Assembly (NCBI RefSeq): GCF_009914755.1
Contig: NC_060926.1
DNA: 64,000 bases
Direction: 5' to 3' (one strand)
DNA from: the human T2T-CHM13v2.0 reference genome, Homo sapiens
Part shown: positions 1-15,064 of the stretch, piece after piece
How positions within the stretch are numbered: the first letter of the stretch is position 1
Layout of the letters: the number at the start of each line of letters is the position of its first letter
The notes under the pieces: model-generated
What the model saw: the letters and a program-made list of their open reading frames with translations, nothing else
Told to the model about the DNA's origin: nothing
Databases searched by the model: none
Position numbers and translations under genes: made by a program

Positions 1-324
1 AAGCATACTTGTTTAAATTCAGGATTATGAAACTTGTTTTTATTTTTATAACATGAGATGTGTCAGGCTTAATCTATCTTGAGTGTTGGAGTCTTATTGC
101 AACAAGACTCTTTCTTTAGCCCACATAACTTTCACTTCCAGCCAAATATTCCTATAGTGAAGTTAGCTTCTAACTCCTCAAGCCTCATTTAAATGCTCAG
201 TCTGAAGCAGGAGAATGACCTATTTTCACAGGCATTCCTTATTTCTGGGGTCTTCCATTTGTCGTGATGCCTTCTCTTTCCCTGCTTCTTTGGTTTCTGA
301 ATGCCGGAGGAATTGTTCCCAAGT

Positions 325-1620
325 ATGTCAGTTCAGGTCTCCCAGGAAGCAGACACCATGACAGAGTTAGAAGTCTGGGAGGTTTATTGGGAAGAATGCC
401 TGTGAGAGATAAAGAAGGAGGAAGCAGAAGAGGTAGGACAAGTCTGAGATCACAATGCAGGTCTAGCACCTGTAGAAGGAGAGGGGGAGGAAAAGCAATT
501 GAATAGGAAGATCATCAGACTGTGATGCAGTGATGAGAAGGAAGGTCTTGACCAGTGCAACAGGGAAAGCCAGCCATAAAGGTTGCCTGAATCTGGGAAG
601 AAGTAATCAGGTGTAATACCTCATTGTGCTCATCCATTGTCTAGGAGCTGCCCATGGACAACATAGCCTCAACTAAAATGCTGCACCAGATTTGGAAGAC
701 GGCAGCTGGCAGCTGACTGCTATCCTCAGAGGAGGTTCTCTGTTGAGGGACTTCTGAGCCACACACCTCCATGGCTGCCACAGTTCACTCCCTAGACTCA
801 GCTGATGTCCTTCTCCTGCAGGCTTTGGGAACAGTTCTCTCCTAGCTCTCTTCTGGCTCTTCTTGAGGGGAAACTTGGAAGGGTGCAGTTAGTGAGATAA
901 ACTATAGCCCTCATCACCGCAGTTTGTATGGGAGCTACGACTGGTTCTCGTCATCTCCCTCCTCCATCATTCATCCTAAATTCACCCCACCTTCAGGAAA
1001 CACTTCCACTTGTCTCAGTGGCTTACTTGGTGGAGAGACTAATCTCTCATTCGTGAGAAGTTGGAGTCCTTAGTAACCATAACCTTTCTGGGCCAGGGTT
1101 GCTGCGTATGACCTTTCAAAGTCACATTTGGCCAAGACAGTATCAAGAGGCACCCAAGTGGATAACCTTGGTTTCACACATACTTCTCTCTGCCCCATTG
1201 CATAAAATCAGCCTTACCTCCTGCTGACCAGGATCAGGGATATCTTCCACAATGGCAATGACACTTCTGTTTTGTTTGTTTCTTTGTTTTAGAGCTAGGG
1301 TCTTTCTTTGTTGCCCAGGCTGGAGTGGTGCAGTGGCATGATCATAGCCCACTGCAGCCCTGAACTCCTGGGCTCAAGCAAACCTCCCACCTCAGTCTCC
1401 AGAGTGTCTGGGAAACAGGTGCACACCACCATGATCAGCTTCTTGTTGCCCGTTACCCACTACACAAGGGGTGTTCAAATTGCTGAAGGGGCAGCTATAA
1501 GTTGTTGTTCAATGGGACACTTCCTGTGTCTTCTAGAAAGAGTGTGCCTCTTTGGGGACCTGGACCTTTTAACTCTGTAGAGTCCAGAGTTATAGGGATC
1601 GGAAACATAAAGTGCTCAAT
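325..1620 (-). mobile_element. Old ERVL-class LTR (LTR16/LTR33-like, ~325..782) followed by internal-region remnant, interrupted by an Alu monomer
   Basis: Begins tgtcagttcaggtctcccaggaagcagacacc...aggtttattggg, like the reverse complement of an ERVL LTR 3' end. Ends ...ggctgccaca, then internal-like sequence. Recalled similarity only. Confidence 0.5.
1268..1440 (-). mobile_element. Alu right-arm monomer (FRAM/AluJ-like)
   Basis: T-rich tail, then gttgcccaggctggagtg...aactcctgggctcaagc...caccaccatg. Only one arm present. Confidence 0.85.
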
Positions 1621-1739
1621 GGTTCATTGTTGTCTCGTCAATTAACTTCATTCCTCATGGCAAGTGCTCTCTTAAGAGATCTCAGTTGCATACCATCACA
1701 GCTGCCAGGTATTTGATCTCCTACCTGTACAAGGAATAT

Positions 1740-2095
1740 GCATCCCCATATATTGCCATATGACTTGCAGTATTTATTGGAGGAGAATAAGTCCCCAGGC
1801 CACTGACCTCAAGCTTGACCATAAGATTGGTTTTAGTCAGTGGAGAGTGATGGAAAGATTATAAGCCACATCTGAGCAGAAGCCAGGAGAGACATATAAG
1901 TTAGTTGGTGTTTTTCCTTCTCTGCCAGGAGAAAAAGTCCCAATGGGGCTACATCCTGGGGTGAAGAATATATGTGAAACAGAGCCACAGTTGATGTGCA
2001 TTCATACAAGCAAGAAACAAACCTATATCATTAAAAAACATTAGGGATTGGGGATTGTTTGTTACTGCAGGATAACCTAATAAGATTTGGCTAAT
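1740..2095 (+). mobile_element. MLT1-family MaLR solo LTR (old)
   Basis: ttgccatatgacttgcag near the start; typical 3' end aagaaacaaacc...ggggattgtttgttactgcag. Confidence 0.6.
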
Positions 2096-2214
2096 AGGTT
2101 GTATGTTTTCTCATTCGTGATATTTTGCTTAGTATTTACCTCTTCCTGATTGCTTCTAATTGATATATCTACTCATTAATGGCCCTAACTATTGTTCTTA
2201 ATATTTCTGGGGGG

Positions 2215-2375
2215 GTTCTGGATTAGCTACATCAGAAACATCTGGATATAGTTTTAAAAACACAAATTCATCTTCTACACCCACAGAGATTCTGATTCAA
2301 CAGGTATGATTCAATCATTGCCCTTCATATGGAGTCTGGGAATCTGTATATTTAAAAAACTCCACATGTTCCTAG
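2215..2375. mobile_element. MER5-like hAT-Charlie DNA transposon remnant
   Basis: catcagaa...cagagattctgattca...gggaatctgtatatttaa motifs. Confidence 0.55.
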
Positions 2376-2637
2376 CAAATTCAGAAACTAGTTGTATGCT
2401 GCATTTCACAATCTTCAATTTGTTTTGGGCTAATAACCTTTCTGGGTCTCTTGAACCTAGATGTGCCATCACCTTTACTGTTTGTCCCTAGCCTTGACTT
2501 GAACAATGGTCTTCGCATCCAAATTTGTTTTTGTCCTATTTCTTCATCTTGTATTTACAGCCTGGTCAAACTAAACTTGCAGTGGTACCTGCTAGTGCTT
2601 GAAGCATGCATTGAATTTCTCTTGAAAGAAATGTTAA

Positions 2638-2643
<6 letters not shown>

Positions 2644-2670
<27 letters not shown>
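2644..2670. repeat. (TG)n microsatellite
   Basis: Directly visible. Confidence 0.95.
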
Positions 2671-2674
<4 letters not shown>

Positions 2675-3188
2675 GGCATATATGAACCAAAGCAGATAGA
2701 GTTAGATTAAGTTGTTGTATGCTGTTAAAAAAGATAATTCTGAAATGAAGCAGACTAAATTGTCAGTCCGGGAAAAAGTTCAGGCTCCATTTAGGTCAAA
2801 AGTAACTGAGAAATTGCTGATAGAATTATTTTTAGTAACTCATAAATGCCCATGTGCATTAACACATGCATAAATTTCCCCAGCTGGCTGTGTTACCAGA
2901 AATGGGATGACTGGCTAAATAAATCCTTAAAGCACCTTTTGTGCTGTGATGAAACAGAAATGAACAAAAGACATTAGGATGAAAAATAATTGAAAGCAAA
3001 GTTAGATTACATCAAGTATATCATCTATGAGAAAGATCAAAACCACAACCATCACAAACTGAAGACAGACCTTCCTATACCAAGACTGCCCCTCACGTCC
3101 ACTATCCCATCCTTTCTCATATTCTTCATTTTTCACAAACCACTCTGTTTGGATAAGCTTCTAATGTATGTCTTAATTGCCGTTCTTT

Positions 3189-3191
<3 letters not shown>

Positions 3192-3254
<63 letters not shown>
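3192..3254. repeat. Compound (CA)n(GA)n microsatellite
   Basis: About 22 CA units followed directly by about 9 GA units. Confidence 0.95.
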
Positions 3255-3255
<1 letters not shown>

Positions 3256-4317
3256 GATAAAACACATAAAAACACTGCACTGACTTAGGATACTTTCGGC
3301 TATGATGTCAACACTGCCCCTTAGCCATCACTTGGACTCCATTCATGCTTCTGGATACTGTTGATTTTTAGTGCACTGAAATTCCAGCCACCTTTATTGC
3401 AAAGATGGTACTCCGTGCTTAGTGTCTGAGTATCAGTTGAAAATATTCAGAAAAAAATACATATAAAATATTTTGGGTTGAGTGGCAAGTTATCATTGGT
3501 GTTAAAGGTCAGAATCAAGAATCTAATGTTCTTGTTAAATTCTTCTTGTCTGTATCCCCAAAGGACATGTAATTGTCATAAGTCCCCAGTTGAAGGAGGA
3601 AAAGAAAATCTCATTTTTCATTATTGTTCCTACTGGAATGTTAAAATCATAACAAACATTGTAACGATATGAAAGATATAAAATTCCATCATATTATGAA
3701 GGCAGAGCCAGCCAAAATTAGTTTTACTAAATGAAGATCTGAATAAACTTACATGTCTGGGAAGGTAGACTCAGCAAGCTTCCAAACTTCATATACTCAG
3801 AGGTACTTCTTACCATTCAAACATATCTAAGAAAATTAGTCAAAAATTTTGTAATGGTATTTTTAAAAAATTGTGTTTACTCTTGGTGAATGAACTTCAT
3901 AGATAAAAAGAAACTCTAGAAAAATCTTCCTTTTAAAAGTTTACATTCACATTTGTGTCCCTTCTTTTCATAAAGGAGTCACTATTACTTAATAGCATAG
4001 ACAGAGGCCCAAGAGTCATTTCCTAAATAATTGCTTGAGTTCCAAAATTAGAGGGGATTTCTTATATTTTAATATTTTTGTTCAAACTTTCCTATGTAAA
4101 ACTTAAGAACCTTAAATTTGGAAACTTTGCATACACTGAATATTTATGAAGTATTAGAATCATCTCAGGATCAAACGATATTTAAGCTGCACTTCTTTAC
4201 TCAATGTTGCTGTTTTATTTTGTGTGTCTGATTTCTTAGTAGGACTGTTTCTAATGTAACTGAAGATTCTGGAGGATTGAGAGTGGTTGGCAATACCTTC
4301 ACCAATTTAAGCAAATA

Positions 4318-4683
4318 TTTTCTCCTCCCTCCCTCCTTTCTTCCTCCTTCCTTCCTCCTTCCCTCCCTGCCTTTCCTCCTTTCTTCTTCTCTTCTCTTTT
4401 TCCTTCCCTCCTTCCTTCCTTCTTCCCTCCTTCCTTTCCTTTCCTGCCTTCCCCTTTCCTTTCCCTTCCTCTCCTTTGCTTTTTACTTTTTCTCCTTCCT
4501 TCCTTCCTCCCTCCCTTCCTCCCATCTTTCTTTGCTTGTCTTGCTTTGCTTGTCTTGCTTTGCTTTTTCTTTTTTCTTTTCTTTCTTTCTCTTCCTTCCT
4601 TTTTTCGTTTTTCTTTCTTCTTTCTTTCTCTTTTTCTCTTTTTCCCTCTTTCCCTCCCTCCCTCTCTTTCTTTTCTTTCTTTC

Positions 4684-4719
<36 letters not shown>

Positions 4720-4792
4720 CCTTCCTTCCTTCCTTCCTTCCTTCCTTCCTTCCTTCCTTCCTTTCCTTTCCTTTCTTTTTCTTTCTTTCTTT
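4318..4792. repeat. ~470-bp pyrimidine-rich low-complexity tract with (TC)n, (TTTC)n and (TTCC)11
   Basis: Almost entirely C/T on the + strand; perfect TTCC run at 4718..4761. Confidence 0.95.
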
Positions 4793-5160
4793 CGTAACAG
4801 AACATTTATTATTGTTTTTTGTTTCATTTTCTCCAATATATTAAGCAGATAAAAGCAGGAATGGTTTTGATGAAGTGGACAAGAGTCTCAAGTGCTGACC
4901 ACTAGGACTGAATTGCACGTCAAAATGAATCTGAGTCATAGTCATGGAATTCTTGTTTACATTTTAAGCCACTGATAAGATTTACCTAAAGTAAATATAA
5001 AGTGATTGAAGATAAGTGTTCTATGCAGTATTTTTTCTTTCCTTTGGGGAAAACAAAATTTAACACAAAAGTTAGAATGCTTTCATGCTACTTGAGTTTG
5101 TTTTAAAAGGCAGCATTTCACCGGACTAAAATGAAGATTTGAAATTTTCCCTATTAGTAA

Positions 5161-5562
<402 letters not shown>

Positions 5563-6248
5563 TAGAAATCTCTTTCAGATAGTATGTTCAGGTCAGCATG
5601 CCCAGGGGCAAGTGCCTTCTTCACTGGGCCACATAATCCTGCCTCTCACCCTGAAGTCCCAGAAAAGAAGAATTGAGGGGAAGGTTATTTATTGATGTGT
5701 TGTCAAATTTCCAGAAGAATGTATTTCTGATAGTTCAGAAAGGGTAGGCAATATATGAGTTTTTTAATCCTTTAAAGCTTCAAATTATTCAAAAATTATT
5801 CTGCCCAGAAATATATCTAAAAGTTATATTTTCTTATACTATTTATACAATTAAAGGTATTATTATTTGATTATCAAGGGGACATTTTAATTCAGGAAAA
5901 TATCAAGAAAAAGCTTATAATCATTTTTAATGTTTTGGTGAATTTCCTTCCAATGAATATGAATTTATGTATTTATGTGTGTATGTGTGTGCATACTATA
6001 ATCTTAAACTCTCCTTAATATCTCCAATTTTTACCTTTATCTGCCTGTGTTTTTTCTCAGCTATGAAACATACAAGTCAAATATATCCCAGCCTCCTTGC
6101 TGGTCTATGAATATAAATTAGGTCATATTAACACTAGATCTCACCAGCTCTTTAGGCCTTACTGAATTTAGTAGAGTCTCAGCTTCCCTGAGTTACTCCT
6201 GAGAATTCCATGGTGGGAAAGTAGCCTTAAGTGTGCCTTGACACAAGC

Positions 6249-6563
6249 TATCTTGGTCATTTGGGGCTGCTATAACAAAACACCATAGCCTGGGTGGCAT
6301 ATAAGCAACAGCAATTTATTTCTCACAGTTCTGGAGGCTGGAAGCCTGAGAGCTCTGTTGGGGCCCACTTCCTGGTTGCAGACTGCCGACTTCTCCTTGT
6401 ATCCTCAAAGGGCAGAAAGGCCTCCCTGGCCTCTTCGTAGGAGGATGCTAATCCTATTCCTGAAAGCACTGCTCTCCTTCCCTTTCTACCTCCACATACA
6501 ATCATTATGGGATTAAGTTTTCAACATTCTAATTTGGGGAGCACAAACATTCAGCTCATTGCA
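6249..6563 (-). mobile_element. MLT1A-like MaLR solo LTR
   Basis: gggctgctataacaaaacaccatag...tttatttctcacagttctggaggctggaag; flanked by caagc/caggc, a degenerate 5-bp TSD. Confidence 0.8.
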
Positions 6564-7239
6564 CAGGCACATTGAGATCTTTACATAGCAAATGTGGAAA
6601 ACACTTCAAGGTTCCCAATGCTGCCAGTGACCAGTTTGAGAGAGGCGTTCCACCAGGTCCCATAGCTTCTCTTCTGCCCCACTCTCCTTTCTCCACAGCA
6701 AGCTTCTCTGAGCTCTAGGGTACCAAGTATATTTGCCGCAGAGAGCCACATGGTCCTTTCTTCAACTAGGCAGTGTTCATTGTGACATGGGCTCCCTAGT
6801 CCCTCATGAAAGCCCCTTGGCCTTCTGGCCTAATCTTTCCACAGATTCTCATAGGCAGTCCATGAGATCAGATGCCTATGAGGTATGTGCCATCTCTCCC
6901 ATCATCTTTGTCTCTCCTTCCTCTCTCATTGGTGTTCAGGTGCCTTTAGCCAAAAACAACCAATATCTTCAATACCAATAAATGCCTGGAGATAGAGTCA
7001 GTCCATAAATTCTACAAAAAAACTCCTGTGGCTTCAGTTTTTCCTGCTATACATATGCAAAAAATGCCTTGCATGTAAGTATATGTGGTTAAGACACACA
7101 AATGAATAATATGTATGTGTTTGCATATTTGCAAAATTGACATCATAGTGTATAGTCTTGTGTTTTGTATTTTCACTTCTTCTATTGTAACTAATTTCCA
7201 TGGTGTGCAATTTGTCAAGAAACAACTTTAACAGAGAGA

Positions 7240-7356
7240 AGTGTACAGCCAAGTAATTAATCATTATCTTGTTGATGAATACTCAGATTGATTGTTTTGC
7301 AGCTACAATGAATAGTGCTACAATGAACATTCATGTGTGTGTGTGTGTGTGTGTGT
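7240..7356 (-). mobile_element. Old L1M 3' fragment plus (TG)n
   Basis: tgttgatgaa...tacaatgaatagtgctacaatgaacattc, then a TG run at 7334..7356. Confidence 0.45.
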
Positions 7357-9699
7357 ATAACTGTTATTCCTCTGCCCTCTTAGAGTATTAGACATTTGAT
7401 TCTTTTTCTCATGATTCAGAGTTATCAGTAAGTCCTTCAACTTATAACACATTTTTTTAAGAAACAATGTATTAATAGGTGTTTAGTTAACCCAGTAGTA
7501 TACTAAAAGGCCCCAGAGGCCTACCATTTGTAAATTTTAAATGTGGTTCATAGGTTTCCTTGATACATGGTGCTTTTCATTTCTCTTTATTTTCTGTGAT
7601 TCTCTGTGCAGAAGTCACCACTGTCCTACTTCTACTGCCAGAAAACTACCTAATAAATTATGTTAGATTGTTTTCAAAAGAAAATTACTGATTTAAGAAA
7701 GTGATCACTGAAAGATGGGGGGCCTGAATGCAGTCAGGAATAATTCAAGAATAAAGGGGAATAAAAGAACCACCCAAAGAGAGAAGAGAGATGAGAAGGA
7801 CAAAGAAAGTAGCCCATAAGGGATGTGTTATCAATGCCTTGTTGGCAGAAACATTTCTAGAAAGCGTGTAAAATACACTCAGAATACCTCAGAATACCTC
7901 AGAAAAGCCGCCTTCGTGGAGGGGGAGCTGGGCTACTTAGAGTGAAAGTATGGAGAAAATCGTGATTACTGTCCCACAGAAGAAAAATTTGAGTGGCCAT
8001 TCACTTGTCTTAAAAATAGAAGGGATTCCCATTCATTTGGGATGTTTCATCGCTAGTTCCTGGGGCAGAGAGTATCATAATTCTCTCTCAGATGCCTTCA
8101 CCATCTAAGGATAGTGGGCTCCCAATGGCTACTTGTCAAGCAGAATGCAGCAGTTCAACAAGCTTTATTTCTTCTGAAGACAAAGTAGCAAATGTGGTTG
8201 AACTGTAGCAGCAAAGACTTGTTAGACTTGGAAAAAATACTTGATAGGTAGTGAGCTCATTAAACACCAACTCCAAATCCAGCATTTCTCCTCAAAAAGG
8301 AGCTCTGAGGGTGTTCAGTGGGCTACATAAGTTGTCGGGACCCAGTGCAGAAATGGTAGACTCCCATAGAGAAGTGATTCTTCATGGGAATTTTACTTTC
8401 CCTTTTTTTTTTCTCTTCAGAACACTTAATAAAACAGCAATTGCAAAAGCAGATATATGCAAATCTCTTCTACCAAGTTATGACCTCAATGATAATAGCA
8501 TAAAGACAGGGCTCAATTCAGGGATAGGAGAAAACTCTTGAGTCCAAATGCATGTGTATATATATGTGTACTCAGAGCCAAAATTATTAATATATCAATA
8601 TGTAGATTGTTCTTTTATGAACTCTCAGTTCTTTATAATTGTGCTATAACTGGAGTTCATTACAGAGCATATGTTTTCTTTATAATTTTTCTAGCTATCA
8701 ACAGTATAACAAACATAAAAAATAACTTTTATAAATCTTAGCCTGTCTTTTCTTTTTACATTAAATGCCAGAAAAATCAAAATATTGATTCAGTGGCATT
8801 AGAATGATTGCCATGGTAACAGGCTTCTATTTAAGTAAGGGATTATGACTTCCCTGTGGATAAAAGTAAAAAGAACTGGACTCTACAAAATGGCTTTTCA
8901 GAGTAGAAAAAAATAAAACTGTTGAGCACAAACAAAAAAAAATCACATACCAAAAAAGTATAATTTAGTGTTTAAAAATTGTAACTCTGTTACATTAAAA
9001 ATATATGTTTACTGTTCTATTTTCAGATTATCTACAACAGAAACACCTTTAAAAATTTATATAGTGGTGAGCATAAACTGGCAATCAGTATACTATAAAT
9101 ATTTTAATTACCCCTTTTTATTGCTTCAGTGTGGTTCCTGCTTATTTTGAGGAAAGATTAGATGATCTAAAGGGGGTTAAGTAGAAAGAGTGAGAGGCCC
9201 TATGAGCTGTGTCTCATGTGTGATCCAGCAAAAGGAGGGAGTGTGCACCCTCACATTGGTCATCCCCATTCCTCAGGTAAACACATAGCCGATTCCTCAA
9301 TAATGTCATTGTTAGAAATGCTGTCTAGTTTAGGCAAAAGAGACTGTACTTAGGATCAACAGGCAAACATTGACTTTAGGCAAGTGATCCAATGGGACTG
9401 TTTCTTTACCTTTAAAGTGATTGTGAATAACGGAAAAAATGATCAGATCCTGCATCCCTCACAGCTTTATGACAACCTGGTGAACTAATGCCAATGATTG
9501 TGCATGGTACAAAGAAGGTGCCGTACAAATAGAGCTGAATACCTTATTGAATCACCACTTCTAATAGGCCTGAATAACATGAAATTTTGGTCTGGTATAG
9601 CACATATATTAAAAACAAAGAGGAAAAGAAAAGATATGCACACCCACTTTGCATGTTAGAGCCTTAATTTCACACCTAGCTATTGCCAAAACATGAAAG

Positions 9700-10382
9700 A
9701 TAAGCACTAGAGAGGATGTGGGGAAAAGACAGCCCTTATACACTATTGATAGACATTAAGATAGCCATTAAGGAATAGTGAACAGAGCAAAAATTTAAAA
9801 TAGAACTACCATGTGATCCAGCAATCCCACTACTGGATACACTTCCAAGGAAACCAGTATGTTGAAGAGACATCTTTACTCTCATGTTTATTACAGCAAT
9901 CTTCACAATAGCCAAGATATGGAATCAACCTCAGTGCCCCTTAACAGATGAATAGATAAAGAAAATGTCATTCATACACATACACACACAAACACACACA
10001 CACATACACACACATACATACAATAGAATACTATTCAGTCATAAAAAGGAATAAAATCCTGACATTTTTGGCAACATGGATGGGCCTGGAAGACATTATG
10101 TAAAATGAAATTAGCTAAGCACAGAAAGACAGATACTGCTTGATCTTACATGTAAAGTGTAAAAAAGTTAATCCTGTAGAAGTAAAGAGTAGCCTGGTGA
10201 TCACCAGGGGCTAGGGCAGGAGTGGGTGAAAGTATTGGTCAAAGGATACAGAATTTCAGTTGGAAGGAATAAATTCAAAACATCTACGGTACATCATGGT
10301 AACTATACTTAATAACAACATATTGTATTGAGCATCCTTAAGAGACTTTGAGTTCTCATTACAAAAAAAAACAGTATGTGAG

Positions 10383-10433
<51 letters not shown>

Positions 10434-10601
10434 TAGCTTGTGAGCTTATATATATATATATATATATATATTAGCTTGTGAGCTTATATATATATATATA
10501 AATAAATTAGCTCAATTTAGCCTTTCTACAATGTATACATATTTCAAAATAACATATTATACATGGCAAATATACACAATTTTTGCCAATTAAAAATAAA
10601 T
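9700..10601 (+). mobile_element. L1MA-type 3' end (ORF2 C-terminus and 3' UTR) with internal (CA)n and (TA)n expansions
   Basis: tagaactaccatgtgatccagcaatcccactactgg; gccaagatatggaatcaacct; ends caattaaaaataaa. Confidence 0.85.
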
Positions 10602-10602
10602 A

Positions 10603-10906
10603 GGCCAGGCATGGTGGCTTACACCTATAATCCCAGCACTTTAGGAGGCCTAGACAGGTGGATTATTGGAGGTCAGGAGTTCGAGAGTAGCCTGGCCAAC
10701 AAGGTGAAACCCCATCGGTCTAAAAATATAAAAACTAGCCAGGCATGTGGGCGGGAGCCTGTAATCCCAGCTACTCAGAAAGCTGAGGCAGGAGAATTGC
10801 TTGAACCCAGGAGGCAGAGATTGCAGTGAGCTGAGACTGTGCTACTGAATCGAAGCCTGGGCGACTGAGTGAGACTCTGTATCAAAAATAAATAAAATGA
10901 AAATAA
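10603..10906 (+). mobile_element. AluS element
   Basis: ggccaggcatggtggc start, two arms, A-rich tail. Confidence 0.95.
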
Positions 10907-10952
10907 GGAAAAGGAGCAAAAAGAATTGCACAATGGCCCAAATAAACATAAA

Positions 10953-11088
10953 AATATTCCTCAGTTGTAATAATCTTTTAACAATATTATGGCATTAAGA
11001 AATATTCCCCAGGCAAAATAACCTTTTAATAATATTGTAATATTAATAAGTATTCCCAAGGCATAATCTTTTAATAATATGATATTAA
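10953..11088. repeat. Degenerate ~48-bp AT-rich tandem repeat, 3 copies
   Basis: A unit tattcc...ataa(t/c)cttttaa(c/t)aatat recurs at ~10955, ~11003 and ~11051. Confidence 0.65.
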
Positions 11089-11109
11089 CATAGTATTTAG
11101 TATAAAGAA

Positions 11110-14066
<2,957 letters not shown>

Positions 14067-15064
14067 TTATCTCTACATTTTCAAGTGTTTACAAGAACCA
14101 GCTAAGTATTCCTACCTTCCATTTGTTATGAACTCTTCCTCAAGTTATTTTCAAACTTCTTTATTATATAATTTCATGACTGTCTCTTTACAAAGCCATC
14201 AAGAAATACTTTTGATTGGGATAGTTCTCCTGATTTCTGATTTTGTTTTAGACATGTTTAGTAAAGTCATGTCTTTGGAAGCAAAAATTGGGATACCTGC
14301 TACAATATTTGCAATCATGGTTGTTGTTACAATCTTGGAATGTGTGGTTGAGCCAGAACCAAGTGAAGCTGAAGTTTGTTATAAGTCACTGCCTTAAAAA
14401 TAGACACAAAACCTCTTTTTAAGAATTACCCAAAAAAGTAATTTAGAGCCTTTAATAATGTCATTTCTCATGCCTCCATTTATTCAGAAAATACTTTGAG
14501 TATCTACCCTGTTGTACTGGGATCCAGCTCCAGCAACAGAGAGAACACAAATGGTCCTTTCTTTCTTGTTGCTTACAAACAGTTTTGGTTCTACTTCACC
14601 AGCATAGCCTGTTTTACTCTATCCAGGTCATAGAGCCAGCAATGAGTTAAAGGAACAATTTCTAGAAACCAGAAAATCTGGCATGACAAACACGTGCCTT
14701 TCTTTCATGTAATCGGGTGTTTATCTAGAGAATAAATGGTTTAACACATTTTAATACTGTGCTTTTTCCTATAAAGAATATCTGTTGATTATGGCTGTTT
14801 GGTGTTGACCAACTTAAAGAAGCCAGAATTAGATTTTCTTCCAGTGTAAAATTTTAGAAACAACCTGGAGACAGTTGAAGAAAAAGGAGTGGAAACAAAT
14901 TGAGTGTGTTCATCTTGGGGAACTTACAGGTTTCCCAGATTAGAATCCTAGTTTGAGGACTTAAGTCAGCACCAGTCAGGGCCAGCCACATATTTGATTT
15001 TGCTTTCTCAGTTCCTAGTGCAGATCTGTGACACTTATAAGTGGCCATAACGTTTTTTAAAAGA

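Noticed and set aside
4277-4852. Long F/L/S-rich and K/E/R-rich ORFs
   Set aside because: Artefacts of the CT-rich low-complexity tract, which lacks stop codons.
7878-7905. ctcagaatac repeated ~2.7 times
   Set aside because: Trivial 10-bp slippage repeat; no spacers, not CRISPR-like.
8401-9282. Acceptor-like tracts (ttttctcttcag at 8420, tattttcag at 9026) and a cag|gtaaac donor near 9276 as cryptic exons
   Set aside because: Such sites are common in long introns, and I found no convincing coding frame or homology.
10378-11088. Repeat-spacer-like patterns as a CRISPR array
   Set aside because: Primate intronic DNA; the intervening sequences are TA runs or degenerate copies, and no cas genes are present.
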